From Oscillospiraceae bacterium (lineage in GTDB: Bacteria > Bacillota > Clostridia > Oscillospirales > Ruminococcaceae): DNA of 63,524 bases. The stretch covers positions 1 to 63,524 of the forward strand of contig JAFSAW010000074.1 in the NCBI GenBank assembly GCA_017442085.1, in the 5' to 3' direction. Within the stretch, counting starts at the first letter, position 1. Every line of letters starts with the position of its first letter. The notes below the pieces were generated by a model. That model was not told where the DNA came from. It did not search any database and saw only the letters and a program-made list of their open reading frames with translations. A program made the translations under genes and the position numbers. Below, piece after piece: positions 48,362 to 57,786 of the stretch.

Positions 48362-48430
48362 TTAGATTTCTAATTGTTAGACTTCTTACTAATCACAGAT
48401 ATATTATACCACCCACATTATTTTTTTCAA
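48362..48430 (-). promoter_or_regulatory. marR promoter and palindromic operator candidates
   Basis: Minus strand TTGAAA (48430-48425), 16 nt, TGGTATAAT (-10 at 48408-48403). The leader carries TTAG-N8-CTAA (48377-48392) and TTAGA-N2-TCTAA (48362-48373). Confidence 0.55.
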
Positions 48431-48479
48431 TATGTAAAAAGTGAAAATAAAATGAAACAATCCAAATGATATATATCAT

Positions 48480-48515
48480 AAAAATATCTCCCGTCCAGAT
48501 TTAAACGGGAGATAT
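48480..48515 (-). terminator. Terminator after nrdD
   Basis: Minus strand atatctcccgt-loop-acgggagatat followed by ttttt. Confidence 0.85.
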
Positions 48516-48543
48516 TCTGTATTGTATTTATGTTTGTTTTACG

Positions 48544-50685
48544 TTACAGATGCATAACACGTTCTTTGATTTCCTGTGTTCTGCCCTCGTTCCAGTAGTT
48601 TTCACCAAGATAACCGCAGGTGCGGCGCACAACATTCATACGGGATTTGTCGCGGTTTCCGCAGTTTGGACAGTACCATTCAAGGTTGTCGTCACAGAGG
48701 ATTTCGCCTTCATAACCGCATTCCATACAGAAGTCAAGCTTTGTGTTCATCTCGGCATACTGCACGTTTTCGTACATATATTTGATGAGTGTCAGGATAA
48801 CTTCAGGGTTCTGTGCAAGGTTTGGCAGTTCAACATAGCTGATTGCACCGCCGGAAGAAATAGGATGGAACTGGCTTTCGAATTTAAGTTTTTCAAAAGC
48901 GTCAATTTCTTCGCCAACATAAACGTGATAGCTGTTTGTAAGGTAGTTGCGGTCGGTAATGCCTTTAATAACACCAAAACGGCGCTGGAGACATTTTGCA
49001 AAACGTTCGGTAAGAGATTCGCTTGGTGTGCCGTAAAGGGCAAAGCCAAGGCCTGTTTCTTCTTTCCATTTTACAATGTGAGCCTTGAGGTTTTTCATAA
49101 TTTCAACGCCCAGCTTTTCACCTTCAGGTGTTGTGTGGCTTTTGCCGATAAGTGCCATAACACATTCGTAAAGGCCGATATACCCAAGTGTGATGGTTGC
49201 ATAACCGTTCTGAAGCAGCGGATAAATTGGTTCGTGGGGTTTAAGACGTGCAATTGCACCGTGCTGCCAGTGGATTGGAGAAACATCGCTTGTTACGTTT
49301 TTAAGCTTTTCATAGCGAAGCATAAGGCTTTCGCGGCAGAGTTCCAGACGGTCTTCCAGAATTTTCCAGAATTTGTCCATATCTCCCTGTGCGGAAAGAC
49401 CGACGTCGGCAAGGTTGAGAGATGTAAGGCCCATATTGAAACGGCCATACCATTTGTATGTGCCTTCTTCGTTGTTGATTGGTCCTTTGTACGGAGACAG
49501 CCATGCACGGCAGCCCATACAGCCGAAAACGTTGCCCTCGTAGTTTGCGCGCATATGCTTTGCACTGATAAAGTCCGGCATCATACGTTTGGAAACACAT
49601 ACAGCGGCAAGCTGTGTAAGTCCATAGTATTTGCTGTCTTCACGGATGTTGTTTTCGTCTGTTACATAAAGCAATTTTGGAAATGCAGGGGTAATCCATG
49701 CGCCAACTTCATTTTTAATGCCCTGAATGCGCTGATGCAGCACTTCTTCGATAAGCATAACAGTTTCTTTTTCGTATTCAGGATATTCGCTGATGTACAT
49801 AAACACACTTAAAAACGGGCTCTGGCCGTTGGATGTCTGCAGTGTGTTAATCTGATACTGAATTGTCTGGATACCTGCTTTAACTTCTTCTTTAAGGCGG
49901 CGCTGAACAATTTTTTCAAGCTGTTCTTCGTTGTACATAAAACCGTTTTCGTTCCATTCGATAACAAGGTCACGGCGGATTTTTTCTTCGGAAATGCGCA
50001 CAAACGGAGACAGATGTGCCAAAGACATTGTCTGGCCGCCAAACTGGCCGGAGGCAACCTGTGCAATAATCTGTGTTGCAATTGTGCAGGCTGTGCGGAA
50101 GGTTTTTGGTCTTTCAATCATCTTGCCGTTGATAACTGTGCCGTTTTCCAGCATATCCTTAAGGTTGATAAGGCAGCAGTTGAAGGACGGATTGAGGTAA
50201 TGGCCAAGGTCGTGAATGTGGATAAGGCCGTTGTCGTGTGCCTGTGCAATGTGCGGCGGCAGCATCATACGTTTTGCAACGTCCTTGGAAACTTCTTCTG
50301 CAACAAGGTCACGCTGTGTGGAGATAAGGTTTTCCTGCTTGTTGGAGTTTTCCATAAGGCTTTCTTTGTTTTCGCCGTTGATAAGGCCGATAACCTTGTT
50401 GTCGATTGTGTTGCGCTGGCGCTGATATTCGCGCACGGCACGGTATGCTTCGTAACATTTTGCAGTGAGCATATCACCGCTTTCGATAAGTGCGGCATAA
50501 ACATAATCTTCGATTTCTTTGATTGTAACAATCATTTTATCTGTGGAAAAATTTTCCGCAATCTTTTTTGCAAGTTCTTCATTTACAATACCGCTGCCAT
50601 AGCGCATTGCCTTGAGAATTGCTATTTCTATTTTAGAGGCATCAAACTGTACCTGTCTGCCATCTCTTTTGATAACTACATACAT
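48544..50685 (-). CDS. nrdD: Anaerobic ribonucleoside-triphosphate reductase (class III)
   Basis: ATP-cone N-terminus (VIKRDGRQVQFD), C-terminal Zn ribbon (CMECGY..CPNCG) and glycyl-radical motif RRTCGYLG. Confidence 0.95.
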   Translation of the reverse strand: MYVVIKRDGRQVQFDASKIEIAILKAMRYGSGIVNEELAKKIAENFSTDKMIVTIKEIEDYVYAALIESGDMLTAKCYEAYRAVREYQRQRNTIDNKVIGLINGENKESLMENSNKQENLISTQRDLVAEEVSKDVAKRMMLPPHIAQAHDNGLIHIHDLGHYLNPSFNCCLINLKDMLENGTVINGKMIERPKTFRTACTIATQIIAQVASGQFGGQTMSLAHLSPFVRISEEKIRRDLVIEWNENGFMYNEEQLEKIVQRRLKEEVKAGIQTIQYQINTLQTSNGQSPFLSVFMYISEYPEYEKETVMLIEEVLHQRIQGIKNEVGAWITPAFPKLLYVTDENNIREDSKYYGLTQLAAVCVSKRMMPDFISAKHMRANYEGNVFGCMGCRAWLSPYKGPINNEEGTYKWYGRFNMGLTSLNLADVGLSAQGDMDKFWKILEDRLELCRESLMLRYEKLKNVTSDVSPIHWQHGAIARLKPHEPIYPLLQNGYATITLGYIGLYECVMALIGKSHTTPEGEKLGVEIMKNLKAHIVKWKEETGLGFALYGTPSESLTERFAKCLQRRFGVIKGITDRNYLTNSYHVYVGEEIDAFEKLKFESQFHPISSGGAISYVELPNLAQNPEVILTLIKYMYENVQYAEMNTKLDFCMECGYEGEILCDDNLEWYCPNCGNRDKSRMNVVRRTCGYLGENYWNEGRTQEIKERVMHL

Positions 50686-50747
50686 CTGTGTTTCTCCTTT
50701 CGTCTTCTATATATAAACAATTACTATATGTTGAAAAGTACTTTTTT

Positions 50748-50776
50748 AGTTTAACACAATATATTGTGGTTTTCAA
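50748..50776 (-). promoter_or_regulatory. nrdD promoter with embedded NrdR-box-like palindrome
   Basis: Minus strand TTGAAA (50776-50771), 17 nt, TAAACT (50753-50748). The spacer contains the perfect 14-bp palindrome cacaatatattgtg (within 50754-50769), matching the NrdR box consensus acaCwAtATaTwGtgt. Confidence 0.65.
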
Positions 50777-50814
50777 CGGCAATATTTACTATAAATTCAA
50801 TTTTGGCACAATAA

Positions 50815-50843
50815 ACAAAAAACGGACTTTGATAAGTCCGTTT
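50815..50843 (-). terminator. Terminator after the flavin reductase gene
   Basis: Minus strand aaaacggactt-atca-aagtccgtttt followed by ttg. Confidence 0.75.
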
Positions 50844-50853
50844 TCTACAAATA

Positions 50854-51501
50854 TTATTTTTTTGCTGTTTTTTTCTTGACATAAGGTTTTGATGAAGCGT
50901 GTTTCTGCTGAAAACTTTTTGCCTTTTTTTTCGCCTGTTTTTCCGGTTTTTTAACGCTGAAACCAAAGCTGCCTATTTTTTTGCCAAGTTCAAAATACTG
51001 GCCGTGGGCATATGCCATAAGCCCCGCCTTTTCAATTTCCAGGCGGCCTTTTTCGTCCAGCATATCTTCGTTTACCACAACATTTACAATATCGGCCATA
51101 AACATATCGTGGCTGCCCAGCGGAATTATATCGGTAACCCTGCAGGTAAGCGCAAGGGGAATTTCCTCTATTGCAGGGCAGTTGAAGCCGTCAACTGCAT
51201 AAGGGGTAAAATTCATAGCCTTGAATTTATCCTCATTTGCACCGCTGCGCACACCGCACCAGTCAATCTCTTTTACCAGCTTTGCTGTAGGCATATTGAT
51301 GATAAACTCGCCGCTTTCCTTAATGATATTGTAGGAATATCTTTCGGGGCGGATGCTGATATAAGTTTTGGGCGGATGGCTGTTTAAAATGCCCGTCCAG
51401 CCAATTGTTATTGCATTTGGTTTTTCCATACTGCCGCAGGTTACTATCACGGGCGGTACAGGTGCAAGCAGAGTGGCACCGGGCCAGATAAGTTTTTTCA
51501 T
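50854..51501 (-). CDS. Flavin reductase-like (FMN-binding split barrel) protein with Lys-rich C-terminal tail
   Basis: LLAPVPPVIVTCG..NAITIGW is typical of the Flavin_Reduct domain. ATG 51501 with AAGGTG RBS. Last roughly 35 aa are K-rich. Confidence 0.75.
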   Translation of the reverse strand: MKKLIWPGATLLAPVPPVIVTCGSMEKPNAITIGWTGILNSHPPKTYISIRPERYSYNIIKESGEFIINMPTAKLVKEIDWCGVRSGANEDKFKAMNFTPYAVDGFNCPAIEEIPLALTCRVTDIIPLGSHDMFMADIVNVVVNEDMLDEKGRLEIEKAGLMAYAHGQYFELGKKIGSFGFSVKKPEKQAKKKAKSFQQKHASSKPYVKKKTAKK

Positions 51502-51550
51502 ATACAATCACCTTGTGTGTTTATTTAACAAGATAATTATACATTAACCG

Positions 51551-51808
51551 TTATACAAAAACAAGATTAAGCAGCACAAGGCCCACAACACCAGGCAGAG
51601 ACAGCACTGTTGCCACAAAGGCGGTAAAATGATTGACCGCTATGTAACAGCCTGTAGCCGCAGATGTAAGGTTGACAAGCAGCAGTGCACTTATACCGCA
51701 CAGTGCACTTCTGGCCGCTGTTGAAAAGGGTTTTCTGCATCTGGAAAACATATATACAACACACAGTGATAAACCGCACAAAATACACATCAGAATTTTT
51801 GCTGCCAT
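51551..51808 (-). CDS. bofA: Pro-sigma-K processing inhibitor BofA
   Basis: 85-aa 2-TM protein, LVNLTSAATGCYIAVN..VLSLPGVVGL is like BofA. Directly downstream of a yaaL-like gene, as in Bacillus. Confidence 0.8.
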   Translation of the reverse strand: MAAKILMCILCGLSLCVVYMFSRCRKPFSTAARSALCGISALLLVNLTSAATGCYIAVNHFTAFVATVLSLPGVVGLVLLNLVFV

Positions 51809-51809
51809 T

Positions 51810-52064
51810 CTATTCCCCCACCTTTACCTTTTCAGATGCCACAGCACAGTTTTCCTTTTCTTTAAGCTGGCGCAACAGATAGTTGTACTGACAGCGCAGA
51901 GACTCTCGTTCGTATATCTGGCTGGCTATCAGATTTTCGTCACTTGCCATATTGAAATGTATTTCGTTGCGCATCATAAGAAAACGGCAGTTATCAAGTT
52001 CTTTTTTAAGATTGTCTATTTCAATTTCCTGCTGTGTTTTTTTCTTTCTGAATATTTCTGTCAT
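51810..52064 (-). CDS. YaaL-like protein (DUF2508)
   Basis: 84-aa helical protein (start MTEIFRKKK). Conserved yaaL-bofA adjacency. Confidence 0.6.
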   Translation of the reverse strand: MTEIFRKKKTQQEIEIDNLKKELDNCRFLMMRNEIHFNMASDENLIASQIYERESLRCQYNYLLRQLKEKENCAVASEKVKVGE

Positions 52065-52279
52065 AAAAATTACCCTTTCTGTTTTAGAAAAGTTTTGGCA
52101 ATTTCTATATTTATATTCAAAAATTTTCCAATAATGATAAAGCACAGCAATATTTTGGATAGAACAATACAGTTGGTAATTTACATCAGATTGAGCCACT
52201 GTGACTATTCTTGTATGCCGGGCCCGTTTATGATAACATATAATCAGTTATAAAAATTTGAACTTGACGAGGTAAATAT

Positions 52280-52750
52280 ATGGATATACAGTTAGTTAGA
52301 GTTGATATTAACGAAGCCAATGATTTATGGGAGATGCAGGTTGCGTCTTTTCTTGATTTGTATGAGAAGTATCAAGATACGGATACTAGTCCTGCAACAG
52401 AAAGTGTTGATAAAATATTGATGCGATTAAATCAGCCATTTACTTATTACTATTTTATTAAAGTTGATGATGCCAAAGTGGGTGCTATCAGAGTGGTTGA
52501 TAAATGTGAAGAGGGTAAGGCTAAGAGAATATCGCCTATCTTTATTATGCCTGAATATAGAAACAAAGGATTTGCACAGAGAGCAATACAGTTAGCAGAA
52601 GAAATTCATGGATTTTCTAATTGGGAACTTGATACAATTCTACAAGAAAAAGGGAATTGCTATTTATACGAGAAAATGGGGTATTATCAAACAGGCAAAA
52701 CAGAAAAAATAAATGAAAACTTGACATTAGTTTTCTATAAAAAGGATTAA
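52280..52750 (+). CDS. GNAT family N-acetyltransferase
   Basis: RNKGFAQRAIQ acetyl-CoA-binding motif, 156 aa. AT-rich, with TTA/AGA/ATA codons unlike the flanks. Confidence 0.8.
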   Translation: MDIQLVRVDINEANDLWEMQVASFLDLYEKYQDTDTSPATESVDKILMRLNQPFTYYYFIKVDDAKVGAIRVVDKCEEGKAKRISPIFIMPEYRNKGFAQRAIQLAEEIHGFSNWELDTILQEKGNCYLYEKMGYYQTGKTEKINENLTLVFYKKD

Positions 52751-52826
52751 CACAAATTCCAATTTTTTGAACAGTAAGGGTGCATTTCTATATATAATAC
52801 TCTGCCATATATTGCTGATAACGATA

Positions 52827-52857
52827 AAAGCCAAGCTGCGTTTTGCAGCTTGGCTTT
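52827..52857. terminator. Bidirectional terminator between the GNAT gene and rnr
   Basis: aaagccaagctgc-gtttt-gcagcttggcttt. Confidence 0.85.
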
Positions 52858-52899
52858 AACTGTTTTATAACCACACTTTACGTCGGGTATTTTTAATTA

Positions 52900-55068
52900 T
52901 TATACAAAATCAAAATCCACATTTCCTTTAAGGATATCTGTGCCAAGCACTTTAACCTTTACTGTATCTCCGATTGTATAGCGCTTGCCCGTTACAGGAC
53001 AGTATAAGCGGAAGCCTTCCTGCAGAATCGGGTTTACCATATCGATAAGAGAAATGTGCACAAGACCTTCGGCTGTATTTGGCAGTGCAACATACACACC
53101 AAAGCTCATTACAGAAGTAACTGTGCCTTCAAATTCTTCACCTATATGCTGCTGCATATATTCTGCAACATATATATCTGTTGCCTGACGCTCGGTCTGC
53201 ATTGCGTTAAGCTCGGTATCAGAGGACTGTTTAGCCGCTAATTTTGCAAATTTTTCGTATTTCTTTTTGATTTTATCCTTTGGTACACCGTTTACCACAT
53301 CGGTGAGAATGCGGTGGATTGCAAGGTCAGGATAACGGCGGATAGGGCTGGTAAAGTGTGCATAGTCATCAAGTGACAAGCCAAAATGCCCCTGCGGCAG
53401 TTCCAGATATTTTGCCTTGCTCTGTGTGCGCAGTACACCGCTGTGTACAAACTGCTGCAGATTTGTACCACGGGTTTTATCAAGCAGACGTGAAAATGCA
53501 GCCTGCAGGCTTTCGCCCTGCTTACGCTCGATTTTAAGGCCGAACTTGCGCAGATTTTCCTTGAAAGTGTACATTTTTTCCGCTTCCGGTTCTTCGTGAA
53601 CACGGTATACAAACGGGATATCCATTTTGCGTGCAAGGTTTGCACTGCAGCCGTTTGCAAGCAGCATAAATTCTTCAATCATCTTTTCGCTTTCGCCGCG
53701 CTCACGTTTTTTTATGTCCACAGCACGCTTGTTTTCGTCAAAAACAATATATGCTTCATCGCTTTCGATGTCCATAGCACCGCGCTGAATGCGCTTTCTG
53801 TTCAGCTTTGCATACAGCTCCATCATCAGCATAATGCTGTCATATACTTCGCCGTATTTTTCACGCAGCTGTGGTGTAACTTTGCTGTGGGCAGTTTGGT
53901 CCAGCGGTTTATCAAGGCTGTATTTCTGTGTGATTTCGGGTTTTACGGTATCCTCAAAAAGAATATCATTGATTTCGCTGTAAACACCTTTGACGCGGGA
54001 CTTTATAACAGATTTATAAAACAGATAATTTGTCACATTGCCGTTGCTGTCCAGCTGCATATCACAGGTAAACGCAAGACGTTCCACGCCCTCGTTAAGT
54101 GAACAGGCTCCGTTTGAAAGTGCTTTTGGCAGCATTGGGATAACACTGTCGCCAAAATAAACCGATGTGCCGCGGTTGTATGCCGCCTGATTTACAAAGC
54201 TGGCTGGTTTTACAAAGTGGCTTACGTCGGCAATGTGCACGCCCAGATTGTAGCCGTTTTCTGTCTTTTCGATGGAAATTGCATCGTCAATATCCTTTGT
54301 GGAAGCAGAGTCGATGGTAAAGATTATCTTATCAGTAAGGTCCTTGCGGAATTTATACTCGGTTGCCATATCAATGCGGCTGATAACTTCGTTTACTTCG
54401 TCTTCCACCTTTGGCTCAAATTCGGCAGTCATCTGTTTTTCTGCAAGCAGAAGTTCCACAGATTTCTGGCTGTCACTTACCTGACCCATATTTTCCTTGA
54501 TTTTAGCTGTCAGTGCACGGTGGCTGCGGCCGCGGCCGTATATGTCCACGATGATAATATCACCGCGCTGCAAGGTGCGGCGGCGGTTTTCGATTGGCAG
54601 ATAAAGCACAGGGCAGTCACGCAGAACTGCATAAAAATTGCCGTGTTCCTTTTCCACTGTTGCAACAAGGTTTGTTTTTTCTTCAATAATTGCGGTGATT
54701 TCACCCTCGTACTGATGGCGCTTTGACGGAATTCTTTTAAGTTCCACCTTGTCACCCACAACGGTGCCCATCATAAATTTACCTGCAACAAAAACGTCCT
54801 TGTCAAATTCTTCAACGCGTACAAAGCCGTAATTTTCGGTAAGTTTTACCACAACACCTTCAAACACGTCTTTTGGGCGCTGTTTCTTTTCGGCTTTGCT
54901 GCCTTTAAGCAGGATGATAAGGCCGTTTACCTCGTCAATTATGCCCTGCTGATACAGTTCTTCCATAGCTGCAAAAAACTTTTTGTTGGCTTTGAATTTT
55001 GTTTTTAAAGCCTTGTACTTTTTAGGGCCGTTTTTTAGTTCGTTTATAATTCTTTCTTTTATTGGCAT
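52900..55068 (-). CDS. rnr: Ribonuclease R
   Basis: 722 aa. N-terminal OB/CSD region, RNB domain (DIDDAISI), C-terminal S1 domain. Confidence 0.9.
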   Translation of the reverse strand: MPIKERIINELKNGPKKYKALKTKFKANKKFFAAMEELYQQGIIDEVNGLIILLKGSKAEKKQRPKDVFEGVVVKLTENYGFVRVEEFDKDVFVAGKFMMGTVVGDKVELKRIPSKRHQYEGEITAIIEEKTNLVATVEKEHGNFYAVLRDCPVLYLPIENRRRTLQRGDIIIVDIYGRGRSHRALTAKIKENMGQVSDSQKSVELLLAEKQMTAEFEPKVEDEVNEVISRIDMATEYKFRKDLTDKIIFTIDSASTKDIDDAISIEKTENGYNLGVHIADVSHFVKPASFVNQAAYNRGTSVYFGDSVIPMLPKALSNGACSLNEGVERLAFTCDMQLDSNGNVTNYLFYKSVIKSRVKGVYSEINDILFEDTVKPEITQKYSLDKPLDQTAHSKVTPQLREKYGEVYDSIMLMMELYAKLNRKRIQRGAMDIESDEAYIVFDENKRAVDIKKRERGESEKMIEEFMLLANGCSANLARKMDIPFVYRVHEEPEAEKMYTFKENLRKFGLKIERKQGESLQAAFSRLLDKTRGTNLQQFVHSGVLRTQSKAKYLELPQGHFGLSLDDYAHFTSPIRRYPDLAIHRILTDVVNGVPKDKIKKKYEKFAKLAAKQSSDTELNAMQTERQATDIYVAEYMQQHIGEEFEGTVTSVMSFGVYVALPNTAEGLVHISLIDMVNPILQEGFRLYCPVTGKRYTIGDTVKVKVLGTDILKGNVDFDFV

Positions 55069-55121
55069 TAATGTTACCTTTCAAATTATATATGTAACTG
55101 TTATTATACTCTGTATATAAC

Positions 55122-55149
55122 AAAAAACTCGCCGCTATAACGGGCGAGT
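55122..55149 (-). terminator. Stem-loop/terminator between secG and rnr
   Basis: Minus strand actcgcc-loop-ggcgagt followed by tttttt. Confidence 0.6.
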
Positions 55150-55164
55150 CTCTTATTTGTTGGA

Positions 55165-55410
55165 TTATTTTGCAAGAAGTGCGATAACGTTAACGATTAC
55201 TGTAAGCACAACAAATGCAATAGCAGCATATTTTGTAAGCTTTGCAAGCTTAGCATCTGCTGTTCTGGACTGCATTTCGCCGTAAACGTCGCTGCCGCCT
55301 GTCATTGCGGACATACCGCTTGTTTTAGCCTGCTGAGACATAACCAGCATTATAATGATAACGCCGCATGCAATAAGCAGTACACCGGCAATAATTTCCA
55401 AGATACTCAT
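55165..55410 (-). CDS. secG: Preprotein translocase subunit SecG
   Basis: 81-aa 2-TM protein with a Gly/Ser-rich loop. GGAGG RBS 9 nt upstream of ATG 55410. secG-rnr synteny. Confidence 0.85.
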   Translation of the reverse strand: MSILEIIAGVLLIACGVIIIMLVMSQQAKTSGMSAMTGGSDVYGEMQSRTADAKLAKLTKYAAIAFVVLTVIVNVIALLAK

Positions 55411-55514
55411 CTGACACAACCTCCGTCCTTTGTGGTATATGACCTAATAATGATAACATATTAAAAACAATTATGCAAGAACAAATTTGCATATTATTAC
55501 CATATTATCTGTTT

Positions 55515-57767
55515 TTACAGTGTAAGCTGCTGCGCAATATCCTCTTCTTTAAGAAAACTGCCGGCTGCAGGGATATTTTTTGTTTTGTATTTTGCAGGAT
55601 TTGCAAACTGTGCTTCTGCTGCAGGTTTAACTGTTTTTATATACTGGTTCTTTTTGAGTGTCTGCACCTGAATGCCTGCAGAGTTTTTGGTTGTTTTTTC
55701 GCTTATCTGGCTTGTATTCACAACAAGTGCACGGTTTACCGATGTTATAAAGGCAACATCAATGTTTTCTTCGCTGCTTATGATACTTACAAGCTTGGCT
55801 TTGTCAGAATAAGCATTGATAAGTTTTTTGCGGTTGGTTTTTGTTTCGTATGCAGAAAGCGGCACCTTGGTTGCCTTGCCGTTATCAAAGCTGAACAATA
55901 CAAAGCCCTTGTAATCTTTTGTATGCACAACCTTTACCACTTCTTCGCCTTCGTCCATACCAAGTTTTGCAGGGGCATATTCGCCCAGAACAGAAGTTTT
56001 GGTATCTTCAAAAACTGCTGCCTTGCATTTGTAAACCTGCTGCTTGCTTGTGAAGAACAGCAAATCGATATCGTTTGCGGTTTCGATATGCTGTGTGATA
56101 AAGTCATCTGCTTTAAGCTTGTGTTCACCGCTCATACGCAGAGACTGCGGAGTAATCTTTTTAACATAACCCTGCTGTGTTACAAAGATGTTTACAGGAT
56201 AGCTTGGAATTGCTTCTTCCTGTTCTTCCTCAACATCCATAACAGATTCGTACACAACCTGTGTTCTGCGGGGTTTTGCATATTTTTTGATTACATTTTC
56301 CAGCTCAGAAATAATAATCTTTTTAACTTTTTTATCGTTTTTAAGTATATCTTCCAGCTCGGCAATCTCTTTGATAAGGTTGTCTTTTTCTTCTATGCGC
56401 TTGAGGATATAGTTGCGGTTAAGCTGACGCAGACGGATTTCGGCAACGTATTCTGCCTGAATTTCGTCAATGCCAAAGCCAATCATAAGATTTGGCACAA
56501 CCTCTTTTTCGTCCTCGGTATTGCGGACAATTTCGATTGCCTTGTCGATATCAAGAAGAATATATTCAAGGCCCTGCACAAGATGCAGACGGTCTTTTTT
56601 GATGCCGAGATTGTGGTATGTGCGGCGTTTTACACAGTCGGTGCGGAAAGCCACCCATTCTTCGATAATTTCGCCAACACCCATAACTCTTGGTGCACCT
56701 GCTATAAGCACATTGAAGTTTGCACTGAAGCTGTCTTCCAGCGGTGTAAGCTTAAACAGTTTCTGCATAAGCTTTTCGGGGTCGGTGCCGCGTTTGATAT
56801 CTATGGCAATTTTAAGGCCTTTAAGGTCGGTTTCGTCACGGATACCGCTTATTTCCTTGATTTTGCCCTGCTTCCACAGGTCTGCAATTTTATCGATAAT
56901 AGCTTCGACAGTTGTTGTCTGCGGGATTTCGGTAACTTCAATGATAGTGCCGCCATCCACCTTTACTGCCTGCCATTTGCTGCGCACACGTATGCTGCCT
57001 CGGCCTGTTTCGTAAACCTGGTCAATATCACTCTGGTCGTAAAGAACAATGCCGCCGCCTGCAAAGTCAGGTGCAATAAGTGTATCTTTGATATTGTGGT
57101 TTTTATCTTTTATAAGTGCAATTGTTGTGCGGCAAACTTCTTCCAGATTGAATGAACAGATGGAAGATGCCATACCAACAGCAATGCCAAGAGTGTTGTT
57201 TGTAAGAATGTTAGGGAAAGTTGTCGGCAGAAGTGTAGGCTCTTTGCGGGTAGAGTCATAGTTGTCCACAAAATCAACAGTATCGCTGTCAATATCACGG
57301 AACAGTTCTTCACATATCGGCTCCAGTTTTGCTTCGGTATAACGGGAAGCCGCACAGGCCATATCCCTTGAATAAGCCTTGCCAAAGTTACCCTTGCTGT
57401 CTACAAAAGGCACAAGCAGACTTTCGTTGCCGCGGGCAAGGCGGACCATAGTTTCGTAGATTGCCTGGTCACCGTGAGGGTTGAGGCGCATTGTCTGGCC
57501 AACAATATTTGCTGATTTTGTCTTTGCACCTTTAAGCAGACCCATATCGTACATTGTATAAAGCAGTTTGCGGTGGCTTGGCTTTAAACCGTCAATTTCC
57601 GGCAAAGCACGGGAAACAATAACGCTCATGGCGTAAGGCATATAGTTTTCGCGCAGGGTATCGGTGATTGGATTTTCCAGCACATCGCCTGCGGAGAGAA
57701 TTTCCACATTGTCAGGCAGTCCCTGGCTTTTTGGAACGCTGAGTTCTTTTTTAGTTTTTCTTGCCAT
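55515..57767 (-). CDS. parC: Type IIA topoisomerase subunit A (ParC-like; no GyrA box seen)
   Basis: Active-site Tyr region AASRYTEAKL, HPHGD-like NPHGDQAIYE. 750 aa, with a short C-terminal domain lacking a QRRGGKG-type motif. Confidence 0.75.
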   Translation of the reverse strand: MARKTKKELSVPKSQGLPDNVEILSAGDVLENPITDTLRENYMPYAMSVIVSRALPEIDGLKPSHRKLLYTMYDMGLLKGAKTKSANIVGQTMRLNPHGDQAIYETMVRLARGNESLLVPFVDSKGNFGKAYSRDMACAASRYTEAKLEPICEELFRDIDSDTVDFVDNYDSTRKEPTLLPTTFPNILTNNTLGIAVGMASSICSFNLEEVCRTTIALIKDKNHNIKDTLIAPDFAGGGIVLYDQSDIDQVYETGRGSIRVRSKWQAVKVDGGTIIEVTEIPQTTTVEAIIDKIADLWKQGKIKEISGIRDETDLKGLKIAIDIKRGTDPEKLMQKLFKLTPLEDSFSANFNVLIAGAPRVMGVGEIIEEWVAFRTDCVKRRTYHNLGIKKDRLHLVQGLEYILLDIDKAIEIVRNTEDEKEVVPNLMIGFGIDEIQAEYVAEIRLRQLNRNYILKRIEEKDNLIKEIAELEDILKNDKKVKKIIISELENVIKKYAKPRRTQVVYESVMDVEEEQEEAIPSYPVNIFVTQQGYVKKITPQSLRMSGEHKLKADDFITQHIETANDIDLLFFTSKQQVYKCKAAVFEDTKTSVLGEYAPAKLGMDEGEEVVKVVHTKDYKGFVLFSFDNGKATKVPLSAYETKTNRKKLINAYSDKAKLVSIISSEENIDVAFITSVNRALVVNTSQISEKTTKNSAGIQVQTLKKNQYIKTVKPAAEAQFANPAKYKTKNIPAAGSFLKEEDIAQQLTL

Positions 57768-57786
57768 AATTCAGACTGTCCTTTCT

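Noticed and set aside
50716-50733. A second NrdR box downstream of the nrdD promoter, and an NrdR box in the nrdG promoter at about 44148-44165.
   Set aside because: Only the outer CAA...TTG positions are symmetric. The match to the consensus is about 9-10 of 16, and the centre-to-centre spacing to the good box is about 37 bp rather than the usual 31-32 bp. This is too weak to call.
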